A stretch of DNA of 64,000 nucleotides from Rhodospirillaceae bacterium (GCA_002722775.1 PBMU01000004.1:48224-112223), one strand, 5' to 3'; counted from the stretch's first letter, positions 10,007-20,923 are shown. The notes: generated by a model from the letters alone, not told the origin. Numbers and translations are program-made.

Positions 10007-11392
10007 ATGGCTTTTTATGCGACAGCAGCAGTAGGTGGAGCATTAGTAAATGGCGTATTTAGTAATGCAGCCAACAAGCGTACCAATGCAGCCAACAAAG
10101 ATATAGCAGAGACTCCAACTCGTATCACTGGTATTGATGAATTACTCAGTGAGTTGGAGCGTTCTGCTGAACAGACTCAGTCTGCATCACTAAGTGAGTT
10201 TGTAAATCAGCAACAGAATGCTAGCAGCATTGGCTCAAGTACTACACAGAATGATAGTGCTACTCAGAGTCAGGAACAGTCTCAGGTATCCTCACAGCAG
10301 GACCAGCAACAGACTACGGCCACCAGTGAGACAGGTACTACTGATTCCAGCACCACAGGCTCACAGGCCACGGACCAGCAAACTAGCACTACAGGTACTA
10401 CAACTGGTACTGTGCAGGGTAATGTGCAGCGTGGCTCTGACGTGGCTAATGCGTCACTGGATGGTATTATTACTGAGCTTACACAGTCTAATCCCAATGT
10501 GCAGGCAGCAGTACAGAGCCTTATGCAGAGAGTACTGCGGGAAGGCCAAGGTGTTATCAATGATAATCAGGCCAATACTGGTACCTTTGATAATACCACG
10601 TCAGTGCTTCTCCAGAACGACCTGAATACGAAGGCCGCCGAAGCTGGAGCATCACTACAATTGCAGGAAGAGGCAGCGCAGCAGGAACGGTTACTGGCAG
10701 CGATTGGTGCTAGTCAGCAAGGTACAGAGACTACTACGCAATCTTCGCAAGAGGAGCAGGCGATTCAGGAAGCTCTGGCAGCGCTCACTACGCAGCAGCA
10801 ACAGACGCAGCAACAGACTGCCAATCAGGCGACTGAGACAGGTAATACTAGCACCACTGGTTCTCAAACTGAGCAGGTGGCAAGTCAGTCTAATACTCAG
10901 GAGCAGACTAACCAGTCTACCAGTACCACTGACCAAGTGTCTACGGCTACCAACACGGAGTCTACTGAGGATACAACTGCTTCTAGCTCAGAAAAGTCCA
11001 GCCAGTCTGAGACATCACTGAGTGACCAGTACCAGAATCCTAATGATTCTACACGTCCTGTGAGAGGTAGTGCATTGGGCGACTTAGTTAATACTGGACA
11101 GGTTACCATTGATAGTCTACTGGCAGCACAACCCAGCGCCGCAGGGACTACTCCAGTAGTAGGTACAGGTCCTAGTATTGGCGTCCCAGCTGGGGGAGGT
11201 ATTGCAGGCATACTAGCGCAAATGGCACAGGGTACTCCGGGTGTTGCTATCGGCGGAGGCGCTGGTGGCGGCGTATCTGGAGGTGGTGGTTCTGCAGACT
11301 TTAGCGCATTGGCAACTGCACTGGCACAGAGTACTACCCCTAACAATCCAGCATTGGATATGCCACTGGACCCTACTAAGTCACCAATCTAA
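10007..11392 (+). CDS. Low-complexity Q/S/T-rich virion protein with Gly-rich C-terminus, 461 aa (internal/ejection protein candidate)
   Basis: Hydrophobic N-terminus (AFYATAAVGGALVNGVF), long Q/T/S tracts, and a GGGAGGGVSGGGG tail. Position matches the T7 gp14-type slot. Confidence 0.55.
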   Translation: MAFYATAAVGGALVNGVFSNAANKRTNAANKDIAETPTRITGIDELLSELERSAEQTQSASLSEFVNQQQNASSIGSSTTQNDSATQSQEQSQVSSQQDQQQTTATSETGTTDSSTTGSQATDQQTSTTGTTTGTVQGNVQRGSDVANASLDGIITELTQSNPNVQAAVQSLMQRVLREGQGVINDNQANTGTFDNTTSVLLQNDLNTKAAEAGASLQLQEEAAQQERLLAAIGASQQGTETTTQSSQEEQAIQEALAALTTQQQQTQQQTANQATETGNTSTTGSQTEQVASQSNTQEQTNQSTSTTDQVSTATNTESTEDTTASSSEKSSQSETSLSDQYQNPNDSTRPVRGSALGDLVNTGQVTIDSLLAAQPSAAGTTPVVGTGPSIGVPAGGGIAGILAQMAQGTPGVAIGGGAGGGVSGGGGSADFSALATALAQSTTPNNPALDMPLDPTKSPI

Positions 11393-11402
11393 GGAGTAAT
11401 GT

Positions 11403-13295
11403 ATGATAACTTTAGACCAACAACGCGCATTACTGGAAGAAGAGTTACTGGCTAATATCGCCAATCCGGTGACTCCTGTTACTAAGCCTGCAGACTTGAA
11501 TACTGTTATTGAGCAGACACAGACTGTAGTGACTAGTGCGCAGGCTAAAAATGCGGAAGTGACTTCTAGCGTAGAGACTACTCTGGACCAGCGGGAGCAG
11601 CTACTGGAAGAGTTAGCAGCATCACAAGCGGAAGTAACGCAGGCTAATATTGAGCAAGCAAACGTCGATGCTGGTATCCAGACTCGTGCCGCCGCTAGAA
11701 ATCCCGGCGCTATCCAACAGTATCAGGATAAGGTTAGTGGCACTCGTGCTACTGAGCAGCGTAATAAGATACATGAGGCCTATATTGAGGCTGAGAATGC
11801 ATATCTAGCAGAAGTGGAAAAGGCTAAGAACAGTAACTTCTTTATGCGCGCAGTGCGGGAGGAGCTGTTTGTTAAGCCTGCGTTTCAAGAAATGCAAAGA
11901 GCAGACGCACTACGCCAGAACCGCCAGCAGCTTACAGCAGCAGCAACACAACAACTCTTCGCTAGTATCACAGCTAATACTAAGATTGAAGAGTCACTAT
12001 CCGCAGAACAGAAAGCGGAAGTGGACCGTAAGGTGGCTGTTGCTACTGATATGTATAATGATGTAGCAGGGAAGATTAAGATTACTGATGCTAAGCTGGA
12101 AGGATACAGAAAACAGCTTGGTCTTAGTGATGACCAGGTTAAGCTTGCCATTAATAATATGGAGTTGGAGCTTAAGAAGGGAGCACTGACACAGCAGGAT
12201 ACTCAGCGTATTTTAGGTCAGATTTATGCTGTTAATGAAGTTGATAAGATGCGTAAGGCTCGCGAGGATTATGCCAGTGAGACAGAATACCTTGCAGTAC
12301 AGGAAGATAAGTTCGCTGACTACTTGCGTATGGCCGGTCGTGAAGAGGAGATAGGTAAGACTACCTTTAAGGCTGCTATCTACAAGCAAGGCTTCAATCT
12401 CAAGAATGCTGAGGTTGCGTCCTATATGGCATGGTCAGCAGCCACTATCAATACTAAGGACAAGCTAATCACTGCTATGGCCAAGCGCAATAGTCCAAGC
12501 AATATGCCTACTAATACGCAGGATGATTCAGTATTGGCAGGCGCTCAGAAAGCTGTGGCTACCTACAATGGTAGTATTGATGAAGAGATTGCTAAACTAA
12601 CACAACGTAAGTTTGATAATCCTAAGGATAAGGATGTTATTGATGAGGAGATTAAGCAACGGCAGGCCGCGAAGCTATCACTAGATGATATGAATGATGC
12701 TCCGCGTATTGCACGCTTAATGACAGAGATTAATCGTACTGCGAAGCAGGATGCTACTACTGCTATCTCTGCTGGTGTACTGGAAATGTCTGACCTTAAG
12801 GAATACATCAAGCAGAATCCAGACCATGACCTAGTACAGCTTATTCCCTCCGACGTGATGGAGCGTATTACTGATGGTACCTATGCTGATATAGACCTGA
12901 CCATTAAGCCTAATGATGCAGCAGGCTCAGTAGATGCTACTATGGACTCTGCAGTATCCTCTATTATCAAGCGGGCAAGTGAACAAGGTGACGGTACTAT
13001 GGCGTCTCAATTGGCACTGGCTAAGCAGACTGCTGCTGACATGGCTATCTACTACAAGACACGTGCTGGTATTGCTACGCGCCAGAATGGTATGACGTCA
13101 CTGGACAACATTATCATTCGTGATGTGGATAGTATGGATAGTAGTACATGGTTCAGTGGTACTAAGACTGGCCGCAAGCTGGATATTACTAATCAAGGTG
13201 ATATACTGGAACTGCTGACTAATGGTTTGCGTCGCCGTGAAGCAAGACAGCGTAACCCAATCTCAGCTTCTGGTGCGCAATGGAGGAGCTTCTAA
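11403..13295 (+). CDS. Coiled-coil-rich internal virion protein candidate, 630 aa
   Basis: RBS AAGGAG upstream. Charged, helical composition. Position precedes the giant protein. Confidence 0.55.
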   Translation: MITLDQQRALLEEELLANIANPVTPVTKPADLNTVIEQTQTVVTSAQAKNAEVTSSVETTLDQREQLLEELAASQAEVTQANIEQANVDAGIQTRAAARNPGAIQQYQDKVSGTRATEQRNKIHEAYIEAENAYLAEVEKAKNSNFFMRAVREELFVKPAFQEMQRADALRQNRQQLTAAATQQLFASITANTKIEESLSAEQKAEVDRKVAVATDMYNDVAGKIKITDAKLEGYRKQLGLSDDQVKLAINNMELELKKGALTQQDTQRILGQIYAVNEVDKMRKAREDYASETEYLAVQEDKFADYLRMAGREEEIGKTTFKAAIYKQGFNLKNAEVASYMAWSAATINTKDKLITAMAKRNSPSNMPTNTQDDSVLAGAQKAVATYNGSIDEEIAKLTQRKFDNPKDKDVIDEEIKQRQAAKLSLDDMNDAPRIARLMTEINRTAKQDATTAISAGVLEMSDLKEYIKQNPDHDLVQLIPSDVMERITDGTYADIDLTIKPNDAAGSVDATMDSAVSSIIKRASEQGDGTMASQLALAKQTAADMAIYYKTRAGIATRQNGMTSLDNIIIRDVDSMDSSTWFSGTKTGRKLDITNQGDILELLTNGLRRREARQRNPISASGAQWRSF

Positions 13296-16200
13296 TGAGC
13301 TTACGTTATGAAAGTAATAGCTCGTACGTACGGGCACTGGAACACGATGATGACCCTAGCTTTGGTGAAGAGATAGTAGACTTTGCCAAGTACGGTATTG
13401 GCTCCTCATTGCTGAGTGGTGGTATTGGACTTATCAATACTGCTACTTCTCTTATCAATGTGTTTGGTGCTGATATCGACCAGCTTGATACTGGTGAGCA
13501 GTTGGAGTCGTGGGGATTCAATAATGCACATGCATACTACGAGGAGAATCAGACACTGGTAGACGGTGTAGGCTTCGTAGTATCCTCACTCATACCTGCT
13601 ACTCTAGGGCTGAAAGGAGCGCGTGCAGCCCAGCAAGCATTACGTGCATCTGAGAGTACTGCACCGTTGATGATAGGACTGCGTCAGGCACTGGTACCTG
13701 CTAGTCAGGCAAACAAACTGCGTAAGGCTATTCAGGCGGATGCATTGGATATTCGTAGTCGTGGCCAGCAAATACTAGCAGCATCCAAGGAAGGCTTCCA
13801 CCAGGCCGCTGTAGAAGGCGTCTTTATGGAGACTGCTATCCTTGCTACTAATGTGCAGAACCCATCACTAACGAAGGATGACCTAACCTACTTCGAAGCT
13901 ATTGGCGAGAACCTTGGTACTTATGGTGCAGGTCTAATATTCGGTACTGGTATTGGTGGTGTTATCAACACTGCTATCAAGTTCCAGACACTCAAGACTA
14001 TCATGAAGGACAGTGATGAACAGGTAGCAGAACTGTTTAAGTTTGGTGCTATTGATAGTGAGCGTAATCCGCTAGGCATCTTGGCAGGTGACCGGATAGC
14101 AGAGCAGCTACGTATCTATGATGCTAATCTCAAATCGCTAGGGGAAGTTAATACTGGCGTCTATGGTCCTAATGCACAAGGTCTGTCTGTGCAAGGGGAA
14201 AGGATTAATGCTACTGTTAAGGATGAATTGTATAAGACTGTTGCAGAACTGACAGGAGAGCGTAGTGCACGCAATGGGAACATTGATAACAACCTGACCA
14301 ATGAAGTGTTGGATATACTACTGGACCCTAACAAGCTTACTCCAGAAGGTCGGCATAACTTACTATCAGGACTGGAACGCATTACCCATCCAGAAGAGAT
14401 TGATACTCTGTTTGACCCCGCTGCAATACCAACATCATTCCTCAAAGAGGATGGATGGATTGATAGTGTTGGTAAGCGTACCTATGGCAAGGAATGGACT
14501 GGTAGTGCAGAGCAGAAAGCATACCTGCGTGATAATGTGATGGACTACAACAGTGCTATGGTGCATACGGAGAAGGATGGTACTAAGGTTACTGGTATCG
14601 AACTGCGTGACCGTGTGTTCCAGAATGGTACTCCTGAGGAAGTAACAGAATTGCTGCGTCACGAACTGGCCTATGCTCCTGCTGCTGCGCTCAAGGATGT
14701 ATTCAGTAATGCAGCCAATGCCAATCTGGTAGAGGAGCTGGTATCTCTGTCTAAGCTGGTTAATAAGGGTGCGTGGAATCTGGTAGCACGGTCTGAGACA
14801 GTACGCAAAGCTAACGCCGCTGCGGCTGGTCGTAGTAGACAGGCGATAGAAGAAGTTGCAGAAATGGATGCGTACCTTGAAGCAGTAGAGAAAGGACTAC
14901 GTGACCCAGAGCAGTTGATTGCAGATGCTTATAATGCTCTTACTAATCCTCGTACTGCTAAGGAAGCTGCAGAAGTTGGTAAGACTGCGTATCAGATATT
15001 CGCGGGTAACAGTGCACTCAAGACTCGTCTGGGCTACAGTGAAGCACTGCTGGATACCAAGACTGGTAACATGTTCAACCTCAGTGACCGTACTCCTACG
15101 ATACGGGATACTGGTAAAGTCTCAATGGGAAGAGGAGGTGTACATCACTCACAAGGTATTACTAAGATTAACGATGCGTTCAATGTATTGGAGGTTGACC
15201 CTACTACTGCATCGGCGCATTACTATGCAGCATCCCAACAGAAGCTGAGACCAACGGAAAAGTTAGTAGTCGATTGGACGAACTTCTATGCTATTAACAA
15301 GGTAATTAAGGCAGCACAAGATGGTAAATTTAAAGGCGCTATTACAATCAAAAGCCCTAAGGGGATTTCTAATACAATTACTTTCGGTGGTACTGGAGAT
15401 AGCATCGACCGCCTTAAAGGCATCTACCAGCAGTACAAAAAGAAAGCTATTGCTGATATTAGTAATAATCCTGACAGCAAGTATAGCGTATCTGACATTG
15501 CCCGTATAGTGGATGTCAGTGAAGACTATGCTACGTTTCAAGGCCGTGGTACTGGGACTGCATTTTGGTCTCAGAACTACGACCCTGCTCGTCCTACTGT
15601 TATGAAGATGCATTACAAGAATCGCACCGAAGTAACAGACCCAGATAAAGTACGTGGATTACTGGATAGTCGTGCCGCTATTGCTCAAGCCCAAAGCCAT
15701 GCAGTGGCTAATACTAATGACTTCCTGTTCTCCTTGGACCCTAAACTAATTGGGCTAATGCCGGAGTCACAAATTGAAAGTGGTATTAACTACGCTTCTA
15801 CTATTGGGGCTAGCACTGATGCTGCCGGACTGTTACGGTCTGCCAATAGTGACTATGGAAGCGGCGCGTCGTGGGCGCAACTAGTAGGGGAAGCCCATAA
15901 CAAACTACGCGCAGCTGGTAATAATGCCATTGCACTAACCATGGAACCAGTAGAGTTAGCACTCAAAGCCAAGCCACAAGCATTAGCAGAAGCAGCAGTA
16001 CTGGACCCTAAACTGAGACAGAAATTCTACACATTCACTCCTGACTTCCAGCCAGACTCTGTAATAGCAGACCTTATGGCACGTCGTGCAGGAGTAGCTG
16101 AGGAGGTAGCACAACGTAATATCAATGCACTGATGCAAATGCCTGCTATGAATATAGTAATGAATGCAGCATCAAAGAACAATACTATCTGGTCTGTAGA

Positions 16201-18754
16201 GATAATGGATGCAATTGATACCATTGTTAATGCAGGTCGTATATCCAAGCCTATGCGTGACCGACTGGATGCGCTAGTGAGTGAGGATATTATTACTATT
16301 CAGAATAAGGAAGTCGTCGATTACTGGCGTGCATCCGTGAAAGTGAATAGTGATATCAATGCTAAAGGTAAGCAGATGATTGCTGGGCTCAAAGGATTGG
16401 ATAGTAATATTAACCCTGACGTACTATATCCTGGTGCTCTGGACCCTATCCGCTATCGTCACGCTGCCTTTGTTATTCCCACTAAAGGTGGGCAACTAGA
16501 CGGGTTCAAACGTGGTATTGTGGGTGGTCCAGACGATGCTACTCTGTCCCGTCGGATTAATAGTCTGAGAGATAAATATGGGAACGATATCACAATTGTA
16601 CGTACTAATGAGGCAGAGAACTTCTTTAAGCAACAGGGGCTGTTTGATAGTGACTTTGCTCTTAATGAGTGGCGCGCTAATAGTGATTTACGTCGCGCTG
16701 GCCTTCTTGCTGACTTTATGCCTGAACCTACCCCTCAGCTGGTGGACAGCTATCGTAGAGACATGCAGCGTCAGTGGGGTGGAGTAGCTGATAATATTAT
16801 GGAGATGCGTTACGCTGAGGAAGTAGCCACACTGGAGCAGGCTAGTAAGACTATCCAGATGAATAATAGTGCGCTAGGGCCACAACGTAATAAGAAGCTA
16901 CCAGACAATTTCCGTGCTCAGCTAGCAGTGATGTTTAATAAGGAAGATACTACTCGGTTCGGTGCATGGAGAGATGTGCAGGAGAATCTGGATAAGGGTA
17001 TTACCACGATAGTGAATACTATCCGTAGTATGTTCAAGTCTAATCGCAGTGGTGTAGACTATGATACTATGAATAAGTACATGGACCACTACAATGTACC
17101 ACGTGTGTATGACGACCGGATTGGTGAATTACTGGTGGAGACGGAAGGTCTACCGGAGCAGGTAGTCAATGCTATTATACCGGAACTTAATGGTGCTGCT
17201 GCTACCCTCATGCTGCGACTGGATTATATACAGCCATTCGTGAATGCTATCAGTACACCTATCACTGCATTCCCAGAGATTAAACATCTACTGGATTCCA
17301 TACCACAGTTGCAGCAACAACAGATTAATAAGACGTTGTCTGCTCGTGTACCTGCATCGGTAATGGAACAGACTGCAGAAGGTGTACCCCAGTACTCAAT
17401 GTTCAGTAATATGAAGCTGGCACAACAGGCGATTAAGGACTTCTTCCAGAACCCTGACCTAGTGGAGGATTACTACAAGCGTGGGTACTCTTCCAGCATC
17501 GTGAAGGAAATGCGTGATGTTACTGATGCCATTGCTTTGGACCCACGGGTACTGAAGGAGAAAGGTATTGCGAAGTACCAAGGCATTGGGCATAAGATAG
17601 TGGATACACTAGCCACGCCAGCAGACTTCTCTGAGGAATTTGTGAAGTTCACTGCTGCACGTATGGCAGATATACTACTAACTAGCGCCGGCATTACGAA
17701 TGGTACTACTAAGCACATGGCTATCAATACCTTTGTGAAGCGGGTGCATGGTAACTATAACTATGCGCAGCGTCCAGCACTATTCAAGGGTATCACTGGT
17801 CAGGCTATTGGATTATTCCAGACCTATCAGTTCAACTTGTTCCAGCAGTTGCTACGCCATATCGGAGACAAGCAGGCTGCAGCTACTAGTGCTATGATGG
17901 GGTTACAGGCTGGTATCTTCGGAGCACAATCAGTACCAGGATTCCGTGCTATGAATGAGTTCATTGCTGAGAAGTCTCAGTATCAGGACGACTTCTATAC
18001 ACTGAGTCAGGACGCTGTTGGTAACGAGGCTAGTGAATGGATACTGTATGGACTAGCGTCTAACTTCACTAAGCCAGTAATAGGGCATGGACTGGAGTTA
18101 TACACTCGTGGTGACTTGAATCCTCGCACACCGTTCATCATACCTACCAGCATCGAAGAGGTACCGGTATACAGTATGGCTACCAAGTTCGCAGGTAGTA
18201 TCATGCAGCTAGCGGATAGTGTTGCTAATGGTGCTCCAATGGGACAGGCTATGGCAGAAGCTATGGCTACCAACGGGGTGAACAGACCATTGGCAGGCTT
18301 AGGGCAGATGATGTCTGGAGCAAGGATTACTACCAAGGGCAGTGCATTGGCAGTGTTGCAGGATATGGATTGGACTCAGCGAGTAGTACGTGCATTGGGT
18401 ACTAAGACACTGGATGAGTCTATAGCGGTGCAGACATACTACCGTACTCAGGCATACCAGACTAATATGCAGGAACGTACTAATCAGTTAGGACGGAACA
18501 TGCGTACTATTATGCGTGCTGGTAGTTACGATGGTAATGTGGCAGAGAAATTCCTACGGGACTACACTGCTAACGGTGGGACTATTGATGGGTATGACCA
18601 GTGGTTACATCGTCAGGCTATCAGTGCTACACAGTCTCAGATATATGACTTGTATAATACTAATGATAGTGTTGGAGGGCAGTATATGCAGGCAGTATTA
18701 GGAGGGAATGTTCCGCAGTCTATCAGTACTGCTTATACGAATTCACCACAGTAG
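13295..18754 (+). CDS. Giant internal virion / ejection protein candidate, 1819 aa
   Basis: Preferred start is ATG 13295, which overlaps the upstream stop (TAATG) and has GGAGGAG 6 nt upstream. The ORF-track start 13280 lies inside that SD. Gly-zipper-like N-terminus. No catalytic motif recognised. Confidence 0.65.
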   Translation: MSLRYESNSSYVRALEHDDDPSFGEEIVDFAKYGIGSSLLSGGIGLINTATSLINVFGADIDQLDTGEQLESWGFNNAHAYYEENQTLVDGVGFVVSSLIPATLGLKGARAAQQALRASESTAPLMIGLRQALVPASQANKLRKAIQADALDIRSRGQQILAASKEGFHQAAVEGVFMETAILATNVQNPSLTKDDLTYFEAIGENLGTYGAGLIFGTGIGGVINTAIKFQTLKTIMKDSDEQVAELFKFGAIDSERNPLGILAGDRIAEQLRIYDANLKSLGEVNTGVYGPNAQGLSVQGERINATVKDELYKTVAELTGERSARNGNIDNNLTNEVLDILLDPNKLTPEGRHNLLSGLERITHPEEIDTLFDPAAIPTSFLKEDGWIDSVGKRTYGKEWTGSAEQKAYLRDNVMDYNSAMVHTEKDGTKVTGIELRDRVFQNGTPEEVTELLRHELAYAPAAALKDVFSNAANANLVEELVSLSKLVNKGAWNLVARSETVRKANAAAAGRSRQAIEEVAEMDAYLEAVEKGLRDPEQLIADAYNALTNPRTAKEAAEVGKTAYQIFAGNSALKTRLGYSEALLDTKTGNMFNLSDRTPTIRDTGKVSMGRGGVHHSQGITKINDAFNVLEVDPTTASAHYYAASQQKLRPTEKLVVDWTNFYAINKVIKAAQDGKFKGAITIKSPKGISNTITFGGTGDSIDRLKGIYQQYKKKAIADISNNPDSKYSVSDIARIVDVSEDYATFQGRGTGTAFWSQNYDPARPTVMKMHYKNRTEVTDPDKVRGLLDSRAAIAQAQSHAVANTNDFLFSLDPKLIGLMPESQIESGINYASTIGASTDAAGLLRSANSDYGSGASWAQLVGEAHNKLRAAGNNAIALTMEPVELALKAKPQALAEAAVLDPKLRQKFYTFTPDFQPDSVIADLMARRAGVAEEVAQRNINALMQMPAMNIVMNAASKNNTIWSVEIMDAIDTIVNAGRISKPMRDRLDALVSEDIITIQNKEVVDYWRASVKVNSDINAKGKQMIAGLKGLDSNINPDVLYPGALDPIRYRHAAFVIPTKGGQLDGFKRGIVGGPDDATLSRRINSLRDKYGNDITIVRTNEAENFFKQQGLFDSDFALNEWRANSDLRRAGLLADFMPEPTPQLVDSYRRDMQRQWGGVADNIMEMRYAEEVATLEQASKTIQMNNSALGPQRNKKLPDNFRAQLAVMFNKEDTTRFGAWRDVQENLDKGITTIVNTIRSMFKSNRSGVDYDTMNKYMDHYNVPRVYDDRIGELLVETEGLPEQVVNAIIPELNGAAATLMLRLDYIQPFVNAISTPITAFPEIKHLLDSIPQLQQQQINKTLSARVPASVMEQTAEGVPQYSMFSNMKLAQQAIKDFFQNPDLVEDYYKRGYSSSIVKEMRDVTDAIALDPRVLKEKGIAKYQGIGHKIVDTLATPADFSEEFVKFTAARMADILLTSAGITNGTTKHMAINTFVKRVHGNYNYAQRPALFKGITGQAIGLFQTYQFNLFQQLLRHIGDKQAAATSAMMGLQAGIFGAQSVPGFRAMNEFIAEKSQYQDDFYTLSQDAVGNEASEWILYGLASNFTKPVIGHGLELYTRGDLNPRTPFIIPTSIEEVPVYSMATKFAGSIMQLADSVANGAPMGQAMAEAMATNGVNRPLAGLGQMMSGARITTKGSALAVLQDMDWTQRVVRALGTKTLDESIAVQTYYRTQAYQTNMQERTNQLGRNMRTIMRAGSYDGNVAEKFLRDYTANGGTIDGYDQWLHRQAISATQSQIYDLYNTNDSVGGQYMQAVLGGNVPQSISTAYTNSPQ

Positions 18755-18768
18755 GTGGATATTTGGCA

Positions 18769-18797
18769 TAGGGGGCACAAGGAAGTGCGAACCCCTA
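18769..18797. other. Bulged hairpin in the convergence gap between the two arms (possible bidirectional transcription stop)
   Basis: TAGGGG-GCAC-aaggaa-GTGC-gaa-CCCCTA. No U-tract on either strand, so it is not a canonical intrinsic terminator. Confidence 0.3.
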
Positions 18798-18812
18798 CAC
18801 CAAGGAATGGTA

Positions 18813-18995
18813 CTACTTCTTAATCAGAGGAGCCTTAGTAGGAGCCTCGTCCTGCCCTACAAGCTCAATAGCTCTATCCGCTGCCTTAACAATTTGGTCA
18901 CCACTAAGGCGATTGTAACGAGCGCGAATATTAATACCATTCTGTTTGATGATATCAAGTTGTTGTAGTAGGTCATTCTTCTGTTCAAGCTTCAT
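18813..18995 (-). CDS. Hypothetical protein, 60 aa
   Basis: Last ORF of the minus arm, abutting the next gene. No motif. Confidence 0.5.
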   Translation of the reverse strand: MKLEQKNDLLQQLDIIKQNGINIRARYNRLSGDQIVKAADRAIELVGQDEAPTKAPLIKK

Positions 18996-18996
18996 A

Positions 18997-19269
18997 TTAC
19001 TTCTCCTTTCCAGTGTTAGGTTTGGCCGCCGTCTGGTACCCAGTCCATACTACTCCAGTAAAGTCCTGAGTATACTCCAGTATCACAGACTCACCAGTAT
19101 CCATATTCTTAGCAAGTACTGGTATCTTGCCCGTATCCTTATTACCGTCTGCATCTACTGCATCTTCTGGCGGCTTGCCTAGCTCATAGCCTACAGCATG
19201 ATGCAGAGTCTGCGCACGCAGTAATAGGCGATTGAGTACGCCCTTGTTAGTGATAGTGTAATTGCGCAT
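18997..19269 (-). CDS. Hypothetical protein, 90 aa
   Basis: Tightly packed ORF with AGGAGAAATAGTA-ATG upstream. Confidence 0.6.
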   Translation of the reverse strand: MRNYTITNKGVLNRLLLRAQTLHHAVGYELGKPPEDAVDADGNKDTGKIPVLAKNMDTGESVILEYTQDFTGVVWTGYQTAAKPNTGKEK

Positions 19270-19271
19270 TA

Positions 19272-20576
19272 CTATTTCTCCTTGGTGTCTTGGTATTCAA
19301 GTAGTGATTCTACATATACATGTGGTAGTTTCACATGACTAGTAGCTTGTATCGGTATCCACTTACCACTGATACACTTCATCTTTCCACTACGTGATAG
19401 CTTCTGCAAGCATTCCGTAAAGTCCTTAGAGAAAGAAACAAAGTGATTAGAAGTAGCTTCAAATATTTCCTTTGCTGTTACTCCAGTGTTGCTCTTATAG
19501 TACGCCTCGGTAATGAATTGGGATACTATGTTCACTGCATCACTGTTCTTTGCCATACCGAATTCACCAAGTGCTCGCGGCATTAGTGACTCAGCGTGGA
19601 ATAATATACTATTAGCTTTAATTAAATGGGCTGAGGTAATAGTAGTACTTAGGTCCATTGCCGCTATAATCATACACAGTTTCAATAGATGTATGTGGCG
19701 TCTGTTTATATAGTTGTCGAATCGTGCGTCTGCTATTGTATACGAAGTTTGATATATGTCGTCTAGTAGTTTCATTGCTGCAGGCTCTAGTGTCATAGCA
19801 CCAGAGATAGTATCACGAATACCTGCAAGTATTTCTATTATATCGGAAAGTTTCTCCTTGTCTAGTGGGGGTGGGAACGTAATCTTAGTGCGATTACCAC
19901 CGCCGAATATTAGTAGCATACGAGACAGCATACCCTGGCCTATTACTTCCGGAGGGAATACACTGTTGAATGTAGTAGGAGTACAGCCACCCATAAGATT
20001 GATAGTAGGCTCATTGATATAAATGTCCTGACTAGTCATCTTACCATGACTGTAGCGGTCTAGGTTATCCCATAGGTTAGTTAGTAGTGATATGAAAGTA
20101 ACATCACCCTGTCCCATGAAATCCTCTAGCTCCCCTGCATTAATGTAAACCTCTGACGGGCCAGCAGTAGTCTCTATGAAGTCGCCGCCTTGGAGTAGGA
20201 TAGTATCAGCATCAATACCTTCGTGAGGTATACCACCATTGATAGTATCGAACCCTGCTCCCAAGTCTTTGAGGAACTTCTCTTTCGATGTACGTTCTCT
20301 AGCGAAGTAGTTGTAATCAACTGCCTCTAGTAACTTACGGGCTGCTTTGATAGCACTGGACTTACGGCTACCAGCAGTACCCAGTATGCAAGTATACATG
20401 TTAGGGTATATCTTATCGAAGCCGAAGTCTAACCAGCACTTACGTCCTAGCAATGCCCCTACTGCTGATATAAGACACCAACGGTGGTATATCAAAGGAC
20501 ATTCGCTGCTAGGAATCATAAGCTCAAAGTAGGCATCCATTAAGTCTGTGTCAGTATTCACTGGACTTACTCCCAC
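19272..20576 (-). CDS. DUF3987-type P-loop NTPase (replicative helicase / primase-associated candidate), 434 aa
   Basis: Walker A-like ILGTAGSRKSSAIK preceded by a hydrophobic segment typical of DUF3987/VirE-like proteins. GTG start. Confidence 0.55.
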   Translation of the reverse strand: MGVSPVNTDTDLMDAYFELMIPSSECPLIYHRWCLISAVGALLGRKCWLDFGFDKIYPNMYTCILGTAGSRKSSAIKAARKLLEAVDYNYFARERTSKEKFLKDLGAGFDTINGGIPHEGIDADTILLQGGDFIETTAGPSEVYINAGELEDFMGQGDVTFISLLTNLWDNLDRYSHGKMTSQDIYINEPTINLMGGCTPTTFNSVFPPEVIGQGMLSRMLLIFGGGNRTKITFPPPLDKEKLSDIIEILAGIRDTISGAMTLEPAAMKLLDDIYQTSYTIADARFDNYINRRHIHLLKLCMIIAAMDLSTTITSAHLIKANSILFHAESLMPRALGEFGMAKNSDAVNIVSQFITEAYYKSNTGVTAKEIFEATSNHFVSFSKDFTECLQKLSRSGKMKCISGKWIPIQATSHVKLPHVYVESLLEYQDTKEK

Positions 20577-20582
20577 TGGTGC

Positions 20583-20858
20583 TTACTTCTTCATCTTAGC
20601 AGTGTGCTTACTGCAAAACTCATTAACATCTTCCAGCTTGTTAATAGCACTCTGTATCAGACGCTCTGCTTTGGCTAAGTCTTCCATAGCACTAGCATTC
20701 ATACCCAATGCAGCACGCTGATATTGAGCTGCATCACCCTGTAACAGTTTGCCGTACTCGACTCGTGAAACTGCAGCAGCATTGACAGCTGACCCTAGAC
20801 GGAACAGCATCCAATTGATTCGCTTACTAGCACGACTTGCTACACTCATTCTACTCAT
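20583..20858 (-). CDS. Hypothetical protein, 91 aa
   Basis: AGAGGAatgtgct-ATG RBS. No motif. Confidence 0.6.
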   Translation of the reverse strand: MSRMSVASRASKRINWMLFRLGSAVNAAAVSRVEYGKLLQGDAAQYQRAALGMNASAMEDLAKAERLIQSAINKLEDVNEFCSKHTAKMKK

Positions 20859-20874
20859 AGCACATTCCTCTTTT

Positions 20875-20903
20875 ATTATGTTATCCCTTATGAAAACAGT
20901 CTA
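20875..20903 (-). promoter_or_regulatory. Candidate sigma70-type promoter (TAGACT-17-CATAAT)
   Basis: Read on the minus strand in the 65-nt gap upstream of 20858. Moderate match only. Confidence 0.25.
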
Positions 20904-20923
20904 CGTCCCTGTAGTCCTGTACC

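Larger units (their letters stand above)
1..18355. repeat. Copy 1 of the 18,355-bp segment present twice in the window (window is about 1.4 genome units; period 45,645 bp)
   Basis: Every ORF in 243..18336 recurs at +45,645 with an identical translation (548->46193, 5423->51068, 11403->57048). The only difference found is G at 10783 vs A at 56428. Confidence 0.95.
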
